This document shows positions 30,281 through 39,054 of a stretch of DNA of 64,000 bases, piece after piece (the first letter of the stretch is position 1; each line of letters starts with the position of its first letter). The stretch is from an uncultured Chloroflexia bacterium. GTDB taxonomy: Bacteria > Chloroflexota > Ktedonobacteria > Ktedonobacterales > JADMIN01. Location: contig CAVPBB010000020.1 of the NCBI GenBank assembly GCA_963701795.1, forward strand, positions 71,727 to 135,726. Direction: 5' to 3'. Under the pieces are notes generated by a model, which worked only from the letters and a program-made list of their open reading frames with translations, made no database searches and was not told the DNA's origin. The translations under genes and the position numbers were made by a program.

Positions 30281-30310
30281 CCTGGATGAGTCACACCTGG
30301 ATGAGTCACA
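30281..30310. promoter_or_regulatory. perfect tandem duplication of a 15-bp unit upstream of hemH (possible operator)
   Basis: CCTGGATGAGTCACA appears twice, head to tail, 29-58 nt upstream of the hemH start codon. Each unit contains the palindromic core TGAGTCA. Confidence 0.3.
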
Positions 30311-30453
30311 TGTGGCTGCAAGATAGTGGCGGCGCTTCACCTGCATGACACGTCACACTACGTACTATTCGCGCCGCCACCACAACTATAAATCCTGATG
30401 CGCTCAGCCGCAACTGGCGCGCATGTGCGACGGCGCGCGCGGCGCGCTGAGCC

Positions 30454-30483
30454 TTGCGGTTGCGCAAAGCAGTATGGTATACT
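30454..30483 (+). promoter_or_regulatory. candidate promoter for tRNA-Pro
   Basis: TTGCGG, an 18-nt spacer, then TATACT, about 90 nt upstream of the tRNA. Confidence 0.4.
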
Positions 30484-30570
30484 CCCGGCGTAAGGGCGAG
30501 CGCTCGACAAAGGTTCCGGGCGAAGACCCATGCCAGCGAGAGCAGACGCTTTCACAATCAGGTTCATCTT

Positions 30571-30647
30571 CGGGGTGTAGCGCAGGTGGCTAGCGCGCAG
30601 CGTTCGGGACGCTGAGGTCGGAGGTTCAAGTCCTCTCACCCCGACCA
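30571..30647 (+). tRNA. tRNA-Pro (anticodon CGG), CCA encoded
   Basis: Cloverleaf read by hand: acceptor CGGGGTG/CACCCCG, D stem GCGC/GCGC, anticodon stem CAGCG/CGCTG with loop TTCGGGA, T arm GGAGG-TTCAAGT-CCTCT, discriminator A plus CCA. Confidence 0.95.
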
Positions 30648-30972
30648 GGACCGTCAGGCGGCGAATCCTCACACGATTCACGCCCGACGGGTCTCGTTTG
30701 AGGAGCACGCCATGCTGGCGATGGATAGGCGCAGACCGGGAGCGATTCAGTCGTATCCCTGCGTCACCATCAGGCAGGGTGTGCTCCTTTTTGCATGCCC
30801 GCCTGCTCATGAGCCGGTCGCGCGTATGCGGCCTGGCGGGCTTGAATCGGGCGGCGAATGGCAAGATAGACGGCGGAGATAACGACCCTCACAGCGCCTG
30901 CCTGGCGTGCGATGGTCTCCCTTCTCCGTCATAGCGGTACGGCGGCGTGGCGCAGCTAGAAGGGGGTCGCTA

Positions 30973-31524
30973 ATGCCAGTGCTTGTACTCAATGCGTCTC
31001 TCCAGCCGCTCTCGGTCATCCCAGAGCGTCGGCTCGTCGTGCTGCTCTCGAAGCAAAAAGTCGCCTTCGTCGATGACAACATTCGCAAGGCCATCGAGGA
31101 GGGCATCGACACCCGGCGCCTGCGCGTGGATGAGCCGGTCATCGTGCAGTTGCTGGTGAATGTGCGCGTCCCCCGGATGGCGCTGCGCCCCACTCGCGCC
31201 AACATCATGCTGCGCGACGAGGAGCTGTGCCAGTACTGCGGCAAGCATTTCCGCGAGTTGACGCTGGATCACGTCATCCCGCGCTCGCGGGGCGGCCAGA
31301 GCACCTGGGAGAATCTGGTCGCCTGCTGCCGCTCCTGCAATGGACGCAAGGGAAATCGCCTGCCACATGAGGTTGGCATGAAGCTGCTCTGCCAGCCACG
31401 CCCGCTGCACAATGAGTACGCCGGATTCTTCTTGCTGCGCTACCCGCGATTGCGCGAGGCCTATGAGCAGTTCCTCGTCTCGGCGCAGGTCGGGGCGGAC
31501 GTAGCGATAGCGGCCACCGCCTGA
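30973..31524 (+). CDS. HNH endonuclease family protein
   Basis: CQYCGKHFRELTLDHVIPRSRGGQSTWENLVACCRSCNGRKGN is the HNH/zinc-finger core. The N-terminus MPVLVLNASLQPLSVI is typical of this stand-alone HNH family. Confidence 0.85.
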   Translation: MPVLVLNASLQPLSVIPERRLVVLLSKQKVAFVDDNIRKAIEEGIDTRRLRVDEPVIVQLLVNVRVPRMALRPTRANIMLRDEELCQYCGKHFRELTLDHVIPRSRGGQSTWENLVACCRSCNGRKGNRLPHEVGMKLLCQPRPLHNEYAGFFLLRYPRLREAYEQFLVSAQVGADVAIAATA

Positions 31525-31574
31525 GTCGCCTATGCGGCCTCAGAACGCGAAACGGAACGAACGCCATCATCTTC

Positions 31575-31610
31575 AACGCCTCTTCTGGCCTATGCCGGGA
31601 GGGGCGTTTT
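31575..31610 (+). terminator. candidate intrinsic terminator after the HNH gene
   Basis: A GC-rich imperfect stem (AACGCCTC...GAGGGGCG) is followed by TTTT. Confidence 0.45.
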
Positions 31611-31625
31611 CATACGCGCGCCAGA

Positions 31626-31809
31626 CAGGGTCTGTGAGGGTCGCTGGCGGTTAAAACCGCGCCTGGATGGCCTGCGGGCCGCGAAGTCCGCCTGCGCGGA
31701 CTGGGGCCGAGCTGCGGCATTGCGGACGCGCACGTTCAGCTCGAATACTTCACAAGCCCTCGTGCGCCAGAGCCAGCGTATTGCGAGGCGCCAGGCCCCA
31801 TGCTACACT
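31626..31809 (+). repeat. mosaic hairpin repeat element, copy A (left-arm type plus promoter-like module)
   Basis: gggtcgctggcggttaaaaccgcgcctggat...GTCCGCctgcGCGGAC...gctcgaatacttcacaagccct aligns base for base with 37754-37878. It is followed by TTGCGA, a 17-nt spacer, then TACACT. Confidence 0.7.
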
Positions 31810-31971
31810 CTATGCTGGTGGCAGAGCGCGCGGCGTCTGCGCCCACGCGGCGCCACAACCTCAGCCCACACGCGCATCCGCGAACACAAACGGCACAAAC
31901 GCGAGCTGCGCGACTCATTGAGAACATCCGGCGGCCTGGCCGCTTTGAGCCATCAGGGGATATGAATCGTT

Positions 31972-32946
31972 ATGGAGACACCTGCGACCACATTCGCTCC
32001 AGTCAGCAAGTTTCGTTTTCGTGCGAGCGCCCGCGACGCCGAGGGCGCGGATGGGACACTGACTGATGTGGTGGTCGCCGCCGAGAGCCGCGCGATCCTG
32101 GCGGTCGGCGTGCGCTTCGGCTTCTTTGGCCGCACGGCCTATGCGCTCGCCGGGCAGGTCGTCGCGGCGACGGACGATGGCGTTGAACTCAACGTCGTGC
32201 GCGCCGAGATCGAGAAGGACGGCAAACAGCCTGAGGGTATCCGTCTGAGCGGCGACACGCCCGTCACACAGGCTGGCAAGCGGCTGGGCAAGCTGGCGCA
32301 GGTCAGCTTCAACGGCGACACACGCGCCCTGCGGCACATCGTGGTCGAACGCGGTCTGGCAGGCGACGTGATTGTCACGGCGACGGCGATTGACCAGATC
32401 AGCGCCAACGGCATTGCGCTGCTCGCCTCGCGCAATGGCGCAACCGCGACGTTCACGCCCTACCGCCCAGACGCCGACCTGCGCGCGGACGCCAGCCAGG
32501 CCATCGAGGGCTACAATCGCCTGCGTGTAGACATGGAAGGCATCAACGTTACCGCGATCGACGGGGTCATCTGGCTGCGTGGCTTCGTCTCCAGCGAGCT
32601 GAACCGCCGCCTGGTGGGCGATCTCGTAAGCGGTGTCTACGGCCTCGGTGAGCTGCATAACGAATTGATCACCGACCCCGAACTGGCCGCCGAGATTTCG
32701 CTTGCGCTGGCCCGCGACCCACGCACCGCTGAGGATCGCATCGGCGTCTACCCGACGCTGGGCCGCGTGCGGTTGCGCGGCGGTGTGCGCACGGCGGAGG
32801 CGCGCGCGGCGGCGGAGCAACTGGCGACCGCGACCCCTGGCGTGGGCGAGATCGTCAACGAACTGCATGTGAACCCCGACGCGAATGTGTTGCCGGTGAT
32901 GGCCAGCGTCACCAACACCGAGGATGTCGTCCCCGGCGGACGCTAA
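31972..32946 (+). CDS. PRC-barrel plus BON domain protein
   Basis: Two PRC-barrel-like units (GTLTDVVVAAESRAILAVGV; LGKLAQVSFNGDTRALRHIVVERG) are followed by two BON-like units (VTAIDGVIWLRGFVSS; TLGRVRLRGGVRTAE...VGEIVNEL). Confidence 0.65.
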   Translation: METPATTFAPVSKFRFRASARDAEGADGTLTDVVVAAESRAILAVGVRFGFFGRTAYALAGQVVAATDDGVELNVVRAEIEKDGKQPEGIRLSGDTPVTQAGKRLGKLAQVSFNGDTRALRHIVVERGLAGDVIVTATAIDQISANGIALLASRNGATATFTPYRPDADLRADASQAIEGYNRLRVDMEGINVTAIDGVIWLRGFVSSELNRRLVGDLVSGVYGLGELHNELITDPELAAEISLALARDPRTAEDRIGVYPTLGRVRLRGGVRTAEARAAAEQLATATPGVGEIVNELHVNPDANVLPVMASVTNTEDVVPGGR

Positions 32947-32981
32947 CGCCCGGCGCCCTCAGCCTGCGCGTCGCGGCGGCG

Positions 32982-34535
32982 TCAATGCAGGGTGAGCGCG
33001 GCGTGGATGATGAGCGTGAGCAGCCAGACACTCCCCAGCGCCAGCGCGGCGAGCGCGAGCCAGCGGAACTCGCGCGGCGCCGCCGTCTCAGCCACATGAG
33101 CGAGGCTCCACGCGCCGAGCGCCAGCCCGGGCAGCGCAAAGACGACCATCGCCGGGCTGAATGGCGCAGCCAGGCTCAGCGCGACGCAGACCACCGCGAG
33201 GAATGCGGCGAGGCAGACCTGCGCCTCTTGCGGAGTGGCGGGCGGCGCCTCGTCGAGCGGCGTCAGCCAGGCGGCAGGTGTGCGCCAGAGCGCGGGTGAC
33301 GCGGCGAATGCGGCGGCGCGCGGCGCTGGCTGGCCTGTGGTGAGGGCGGCGCCTCCGCGTACCCCCCAGCCTGCGCGCTGCTGGGGCCGCTGGCGTGCGC
33401 GCTGCGCGGACCAGACGGCGGCAGGTGGTTGCGTGGGCCTGGTGAGGATGGCCGGGATGGCAGGCCGCGCCGCAGGAGCGCCCGCCGACGCGCCCATCGC
33501 CGCTGGCCGCGCCGCCCCGGTGGCGGCGATGATGGCTGGCACAGGCTCCGTCTGCCACGGCTCGGCCCAGAGCGCCTGCCCACAGCGCATGCAGAAGCGC
33601 GCCTCCGCAGGGGAAGCGCAGCCACAGCGCGCACAACTGCGGGTGGCCCACGTCGCAATGGTCGGCGGCGCAGCCTCCAGCTCAACACGACAGGCGGCCA
33701 GCTCGTGTTCGAGTTCCTTCGCGCTCTGGAAGCGCTCATTTGGGTCCAGGGCCATCGCGCGCAGCACCATCGCGTTCACCCGCTCGCTGAGCATCGGGTT
33801 GCGCTCGCGCGGAGTGGGGAGGGCCTGCGCGCTGATGCGGGCGGGCGCCTCGACCGGCTGATAGCCTGTCAGCAGGTAGTAGAGGGTCGCGCCGAGGCCA
33901 TAGACATCGGTGCGCTGATCAGTGCTGCCGATGGCCTGATACTGTTCGGGGGGCGCATAGCCTGGAGTGAAGGCGAGCGCGGCGGCGATGGTCTGCTGCC
34001 CCTGCGCAAAGAGCTTGGCCAGCCCCAGATCAATCAGGATCGGAATGCCCAGCGACATGCTCAACTTGATGTTGGCGGGTTTGATGTCGCGATGGATGAT
34101 CGGCGCGGGCTGGCAATGCAACTCATGCACGGCGTCGCAGATCGGCAGCATCCAGTCAAGCGCCTGTGTCTCAACGGGTGGGAGATGCGTGCGCTTGATC
34201 GTCTCGATGGCGAGGTCTTCGAGTGTGTGACCATCCACATAGTCCATGACGAGATAGAGCCGACCGGCGGACTCGAAGACGGAGTAGCCCCGCACGAGAT
34301 TGGGGTGGCGCGCGTTGAGCAGGAACTCGGCTTCGAGCTGAAACTGTCGCTGCGTATTCGGGTCGCGCGAGAAGGCCTCTTTGATCGCGCGCAGATGACC
34401 GAGCGCAATGTCACGCGCCCGGTAGATGTGGCCGAAGCCGCCGCCACCGATGTAGCCCTCGATCATATAGCGATTGCGCAGCACCACCCCCGGCGCCAAT
34501 GCCGGTGGTTGCGCTATGGCCGCAGATGGCTGCAT
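32982..34535 (-). CDS. Ser/Thr protein kinase with zinc-ribbon and C-terminal membrane anchor
   Basis: Hanks motifs GGGGFGHIYRA, AIKE, HRDIKPANI, DLGLAK and TPGYAPPE are present, followed by CARCGCASPAEARFCMRCG and terminal hydrophobic helices. AAGGAG RBS before the ATG at 34535. Confidence 0.9.
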   Translation of the reverse strand: MQPSAAIAQPPALAPGVVLRNRYMIEGYIGGGGFGHIYRARDIALGHLRAIKEAFSRDPNTQRQFQLEAEFLLNARHPNLVRGYSVFESAGRLYLVMDYVDGHTLEDLAIETIKRTHLPPVETQALDWMLPICDAVHELHCQPAPIIHRDIKPANIKLSMSLGIPILIDLGLAKLFAQGQQTIAAALAFTPGYAPPEQYQAIGSTDQRTDVYGLGATLYYLLTGYQPVEAPARISAQALPTPRERNPMLSERVNAMVLRAMALDPNERFQSAKELEHELAACRVELEAAPPTIATWATRSCARCGCASPAEARFCMRCGQALWAEPWQTEPVPAIIAATGAARPAAMGASAGAPAARPAIPAILTRPTQPPAAVWSAQRARQRPQQRAGWGVRGGAALTTGQPAPRAAAFAASPALWRTPAAWLTPLDEAPPATPQEAQVCLAAFLAVVCVALSLAAPFSPAMVVFALPGLALGAWSLAHVAETAAPREFRWLALAALALGSVWLLTLIIHAALTLH

Positions 34536-34886
34536 CTCGTCCTGTCTCCTTTGAAGCGCAGCGATCCCTCCTGCGCTTCGTATTCTCAGCCAGGCAAGCG
34601 CTCCAGCGCCCATAATGGTCGTTCCTCATCAGTATAGTGTCGCGCATCACAGGCGGCAAGCCCTGACGCGCGCGACAATCAAATATGGCGCCCGCTCTGC
34701 GTTTCAGCGGGTGTTCGCCATCTGAGGCGCCCTGTGCCCGGCTCCCCCAGAGGTCCCACTGGCGCTGGCGCCGCAAAGGGCGAATGGCGGCGCGCTCTCG
34801 CATGGATAAGACGTAGGGCGCTTCGTTCTCGTTGCGAGCGGCATACAATAGCTGTAGAGGATTGTGGGCATCCCCGCAGGCAGGGA

Positions 34887-36134
34887 ATGGAGCGCAAGAG
34901 CAGTATGCTCGAACAGCTACTCGCGCGCAGCGACCGTGGGGCCTCGTGGCTGCCGCTGGCGCTGGGGTTCGCCGCCGCCGCGCTACTGGCGTGGGGGCTG
35001 TGCGTGCTGGTCGCGCGGGTGAGCCGCCACTATGGTCTGCTCGACCTGCCCGGCGGACGCCACACCCACGCGGCAGCCGCGCCGCGCCTGGGCGGAGTCG
35101 CGATCTTCCTCGCGTTTGCGCTGGTGACGGCGCTCTTCTACCATCCCTCCAATCCCTATGAGGCGCATGTGGCGCTCGGCCTGTTCGCGGCGTCGGCGCT
35201 GACCGTCGGCGTGATGGCGATCGACGATCTGCGCGGCCTGGGGCCGTGGCTACGGCTGCTGGCGCAGACGGCGGCGGCGGCGCTGGTCATCTTCCCCGGC
35301 GTCCACGGCATGATTATCGAGGTCATCCACAATCCGCTCTCCTCTGGCGCAGACGCCATCGTGCCGCTGCCGTTGTGGATCGCGCTGCCCTTCACCTGGT
35401 TCTGGATCGTCGGCATGATGAACACGATCAACTGGGTGGATGGCGTGGATGGTCTGGCGGGCGGACTCGTGGCTATCGCCGCTGTCGTCATGGCCGCCAT
35501 AAGCTGGATGCTGGGCCAGGTGAGCGTCGCGCTGCTCTGCGCGATTCTGGCGGGCGCGACGCTTGGCTTCCTGCTGCTCAACTGGCGGCCCGGCGCGCTC
35601 TTCATGGGCGATAGTGGCGCGATGTTCCTGGGGCTGGCGCTGGCGACGCTGGCGGGTGTAGGCGGCGCGAAGCTGGCGACGATGCTGCTGCTGCTCGGCC
35701 TGCCGATCCTCGACGCGGCGCGTGTTATTGTGCGCCGCGTCCGCCATGGGCAGACGCCGCTGCACGCGGACCGCTCGCACCTGCACCATCGCCTGCTCGC
35801 CACGGGCCTGAGCCAGCGCCAGGTCGCGCTGCTCTTCTACGCCGTCACAGGGGCATTTGGCGCCGTGACGATTCTCGCCGCCTATCTGCAAGGGCATGCC
35901 TGGCGCTGGTCGGCGTTCCTGCGGCTCACCCCCTGGCTCAACATCGCAGCCACCGAGGCCCCCACGATCATCGGGCTGGCGCTCGTCCCCGCTGTGACGG
36001 TGGGCATCTGGGCGTTGGTCAGGCGGCGGCGCAAACGGCTTGGCCTGGCGCCCGAAGCCTCGTACCACCGCGCGCCAACACCCTCACGCCCGGTCGCCAT
36101 GGTCGGCAGTTCCGGCAGCCATCCGCGCCCGTAG
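34887..36134 (+). CDS. glycosyltransferase family 4 (MraY/WecA-like polyprenyl-phosphate sugar-1-phosphate transferase)
   Basis: PRLGGVAIFLAF, NTINWVDGVDGLAGG and FMGDSGAMFLGLALA are GT4 motifs, with about 10 TM helices. Confidence 0.85.
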   Translation: MERKSSMLEQLLARSDRGASWLPLALGFAAAALLAWGLCVLVARVSRHYGLLDLPGGRHTHAAAAPRLGGVAIFLAFALVTALFYHPSNPYEAHVALGLFAASALTVGVMAIDDLRGLGPWLRLLAQTAAAALVIFPGVHGMIIEVIHNPLSSGADAIVPLPLWIALPFTWFWIVGMMNTINWVDGVDGLAGGLVAIAAVVMAAISWMLGQVSVALLCAILAGATLGFLLLNWRPGALFMGDSGAMFLGLALATLAGVGGAKLATMLLLLGLPILDAARVIVRRVRHGQTPLHADRSHLHHRLLATGLSQRQVALLFYAVTGAFGAVTILAAYLQGHAWRWSAFLRLTPWLNIAATEAPTIIGLALVPAVTVGIWALVRRRRKRLGLAPEASYHRAPTPSRPVAMVGSSGSHPRP

Positions 36135-36140
36135 TGAGCA

Positions 36141-36183
36141 ACCCTCACCCCCTGGCCCCCTCTCCCACAAGGCGAGGGGGAAA
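36141..36183. repeat. REP-like GC-rich hairpin element (copy 2), between convergent genes
   Basis: accctcaccccctggCCCCCTCtcccacaaggcGAGGGGGaaa shares the ccctcaccccc-ggcccctctcccac core with 18641-18677. Confidence 0.5.
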
Positions 36184-36210
36184 TTCGGCTCCTTTCGCGC
36201 TCTGTTGCGG

Positions 36211-37656
36211 CTACAGGAACGAGTCAAAGAGGCGGGCGATGTTCTGCGCCAGTTTCTGGTAGATCGGGCGCCGATTCCACTCTGCGCCGCTGAGTGACTT
36301 GCTCTGCGCAAAATAGCGCTCCTGCACAGCGCGCAGCTCGGCGACCACGCGCGGGTCATACACGAGCACACTGCATTCCGCGTTGAGCTCGAGTGAGCGC
36401 ACATCGACGTTGCTGGAGCCGATGATCGCGACCTCGTCGTCGAATGTCATGAACTTGGCATGCAAGAACTGTGGCTGATACAGATGAATGTTGACGCCAG
36501 CCTCCAGCAGATCAGCGTAGTAGGACTTCTGCGCCAGGCTGACCAAAACCTGATCGGCGATGGCCGAAACGACGATGTGCGTCTCTACCCCGCGCCGCGC
36601 AGTCGTCAGCAGCGCCTGGAACACCGCTTCATCTGGCACGAGGTAGGGCGTCGTCAGAACCACACGCTCGCGCGCGGCATAGAGCAGCCCGACCAGAAGG
36701 CGTCCGGTCGTGCGGTCGTGATAGCCCGGGCCGCTGGGCAGCATCTGCGCGGGCGTCGCGCCAGTCACGGCGGGGAAGGTGAAGACCTCCGGATCGCTCT
36801 CCGGCGTTGGGATGAATTCGGTTTCGAGAAAGCGGTCGGAGAAAAAGATCGCCTGCATCTGGAGCAAGACGGGGCCAGTGATGCGCGCGACCATCTCTTC
36901 ATAGATGATGCCCCGCTTGAAGCCTTTATCCACAAGGTTTTGTGACCCCATATAGCCCACCCGCTGGTCGATCACGACGATTTTGCGGTGATTGCGCAGA
37001 TCGAAGCGGGCAATGCCACGTCGGAGCAGTCCGCCGGGCTGCAACACCGCCAGCGTCTCGACTCCGGCGGCGCGCAGACGTGGCGCGAGCGTCTTGAGCG
37101 CGGGCCGCGATCCGAGGCCATCCATCAGCACACGGCACGCCACGCCGCGCTGCGCAGCGCGAGCCAGCGCATCCGCGACTTTGCCGCCGGTCTGGTCATT
37201 CGCGAAGATGTAATACAGCAGATGAACCGAGTGTTGGGCGCCGTCGATATCCTGGACGAGGCGCGTAATGCTGGCGTCATAGTCGGTGAGCAGCTCGAAG
37301 CTGTTGCCGCCAACCACCGCGAAGTCGCCAAGCTGCTCGGCCATCTCGACGAGATGCAGCGCTTCCGGGCGCAATTGTGGGCGCGTGCGCTGGAGATCGT
37401 CGAGGAAGCGATGACGGGCATCCGCAATGACGAGCGCGCTCTTGCGCTGCAACGCAAGCCGCTTCTTCGAGACATAGATGCGCCCGAAGGCGAGATAGAG
37501 GATGAGGCCGAGCAGCGGTTGGAAGAAGATGAGCAGCAGCCAGGTGCGGGACGCGGCTGGGGTGCGCTTCTGCGGGACGTAGAGCAGCATCACGACGACG
37601 ATGATGATATTGATGCCCACATCAACCAGGGCCAGGAGGTCTACCGACTGCGGCAT
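36211..37656 (-). CDS. cls: cardiolipin synthase (PLD superfamily)
   Basis: There are two HKD motifs (HRKIVVIDQRVGYMGSQN; HAKFMTFDDEVAIIGSSN) and two N-terminal TM helices. The ATG at 37656 is preferred. The ORF extension to 37899 runs into repeat copy B. Confidence 0.9.
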   Translation of the reverse strand: MPQSVDLLALVDVGINIIIVVVMLLYVPQKRTPAASRTWLLLIFFQPLLGLILYLAFGRIYVSKKRLALQRKSALVIADARHRFLDDLQRTRPQLRPEALHLVEMAEQLGDFAVVGGNSFELLTDYDASITRLVQDIDGAQHSVHLLYYIFANDQTGGKVADALARAAQRGVACRVLMDGLGSRPALKTLAPRLRAAGVETLAVLQPGGLLRRGIARFDLRNHRKIVVIDQRVGYMGSQNLVDKGFKRGIIYEEMVARITGPVLLQMQAIFFSDRFLETEFIPTPESDPEVFTFPAVTGATPAQMLPSGPGYHDRTTGRLLVGLLYAARERVVLTTPYLVPDEAVFQALLTTARRGVETHIVVSAIADQVLVSLAQKSYYADLLEAGVNIHLYQPQFLHAKFMTFDDEVAIIGSSNVDVRSLELNAECSVLVYDPRVVAELRAVQERYFAQSKSLSGAEWNRRPIYQKLAQNIARLFDSFL

Positions 37657-37753
37657 GGTCCACTCTGCCTTCTCTCGCCAGTCGCCGCTTGACGTGTGAC
37701 GCGGCTGCGCGCATCTCAGCGGCGCATCGGCCTCTCCGCAAGCCGCCAGAACA

Positions 37754-37930
37754 GGGTCGCTGGCGGTTGAAACCGCGCCTGGATTGCCCTGCGGGGCCGC
37801 AAAGTCCGCCGATGCGGACTGGGACCGAGCTGCGGCGTTGCGTACATGCGCTTGCGGCTCGAATACTTCACAAGCCCTGACAGGACGGCAGCCCAACACA
37901 TTGCGAGGCTACTCTCCCAAGCAGTATAGC
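37754..37930 (+). repeat. mosaic hairpin repeat element, copy B (left-arm type plus promoter-like module)
   Basis: It aligns with copy A over about 125 nt, including the identical 22-mer gctcgaatacttcacaagccct. The hairpin is GTCCGCcgatGCGGAC. It ends with TTGCGA, an 18-nt spacer, then TATAGC. Confidence 0.7.
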
Positions 37931-37960
37931 AGTATCCGGGCCGACGACATTCATCGCGGG

Positions 37961-38140
37961 TTCCACTCAAAACCGGGGTCAGATGGGGCGCGCGGGCGCT
38001 GGCGGGTGAAGCCGCGCCTGAAGGGCCTCTCGGCCCACAACCCCACCTCCGTGGGTCCAAGATCAAATCCGTATTTGGACCTGCGCAGGCAGGTCTTGTG
38101 GCGACCGCAGTCGCCTTGAGGCGCGGTTTCAACCGCCAGC
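37961..38140. repeat. mosaic hairpin repeat element, copy C (closed by long inverted repeat)
   Basis: It starts with ttccactcaaaaccggggtc. The arm gctggcgggtgaagccgcgcctgaag pairs with cttgaggcgcggtttcaaccgccagc (3 mismatches). Internal hairpins are GGCCtctcGGCC, CCCACctccGTGGG, GGTCCAA..TTGGACC, GACCTGCgcagGCAGGTC and GGCGACcgcaGTCGCC. Confidence 0.7.
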
Positions 38141-38154
38141 CTGTTAGTCGACAC

Positions 38155-38184
38155 TTGACACAGTATATTCACGTCGTATATACT
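38155..38184 (+). promoter_or_regulatory. candidate padR promoter with embedded palindrome
   Basis: TTGACA, an 18-nt spacer, then TATACT. The palindrome GTATATAC (38176-38183), preceded by GTC, overlaps the -10 box. Confidence 0.45.
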
Positions 38185-38244
38185 CGTCACCGGATACTAT
38201 GAACAGGGTGATCGTGAACGAGTACTGTCGGCGCCAATAGCACT

Positions 38245-38952
38245 ATGGAGGAACAGATGATGACCAGGCGCAAAGTGAATAATCCGCTGGCGCTGGCGGC
38301 GCTGGCATGCCTGTTCGAGCGCCCGATGCATCCCTACGAGATGGCGACCACGATGCGCGAGCGCGGCAAGGACCAGAGCATCAAGCTCAACTATGGCTCG
38401 CTCTACACGGTGGTCGAGGCGCTACAGCAGCATGGGCTGATCGTCGCGCAGGAGACCGAGCGCGAGGGCCGACGCCCTGAGCGCACGGTCTACCGCCTGA
38501 CCGACGCTGGCCGCATGGAGCTGATTGACTGGGTCAGCGAGCTGCTCAGCACACCTTTCAAGGAATACACACGCTTCGAGGCGGGCCTTTCGCTCGCTGG
38601 CGTGTTGCCGCCCAGCGATGTCGCCGCGCTGCTCACCCAACGCTGCGGCATGCTGGAGATCGAGATCTCGCAGATGCGCGCCCTGCTACAGCTTCTCGCG
38701 CAGCGCGGGCTACCGCGAGGGTTCACCATCGAGAACGAGTATGCGCTGGCGATGCGCGAGGCGGAGCTTGTCTGGACGCGCACCATCGCCGACGAAATCG
38801 CGTCGGGCGCTTTCGATGGCGCCGCCGAGTGGGCCGCCCACCACAGCGCCCTCGAGCAGGAGATCGCAGCGCCAGCAGAGTCCGCAGCGGCAGAGGCTGC
38901 GGCGGAAACGCAGGAAACGCAGGAAACGGAGGCCGACGCGGACGAGCGGTAG
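38245..38952 (+). CDS. PadR-family transcriptional regulator with extended C-terminal domain
   Basis: NPLALAALACLFERPMHPYEMATTMRERGKDQSIKLNYGSLYTVVEALQQHGLIVAQETEREGRRPERTVYRLTDAG is a PadR winged-helix domain. The start may be 38257 or 38260, behind GGAGGA. Confidence 0.85.
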   Translation: MEEQMMTRRKVNNPLALAALACLFERPMHPYEMATTMRERGKDQSIKLNYGSLYTVVEALQQHGLIVAQETEREGRRPERTVYRLTDAGRMELIDWVSELLSTPFKEYTRFEAGLSLAGVLPPSDVAALLTQRCGMLEIEISQMRALLQLLAQRGLPRGFTIENEYALAMREAELVWTRTIADEIASGAFDGAAEWAAHHSALEQEIAAPAESAAAEAAAETQETQETEADADER

Positions 38953-39054
38953 GCGTTGGCCGCGTTGTGGCTGTCAGCCTCCATAGCCGCAGAATGCGAC
39001 CGCCGATTGCGCCACGTTCTCCGCAGCGGTGAAGCAGCCAGGCCATCCTGTCTC

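Noticed and set aside
30571-31524. Genomic island or prophage remnant integrated at tRNA-Pro (HNH endonuclease next to the tRNA)
   Set aside because: There is no integrase, no duplicated tRNA 3' end (att repeat) and no phage genes. This stand-alone HNH family is a common chromosomal gene.
37996-38140. GGCGGTTGAAAC / GTTTCAACCGCC strings that superficially look like CRISPR repeat ends
   Set aside because: The copies are in inverted orientation and form stems. There is no regular repeat-spacer periodicity and no cas genes, so they are interpreted as REP/MITE-like elements instead.
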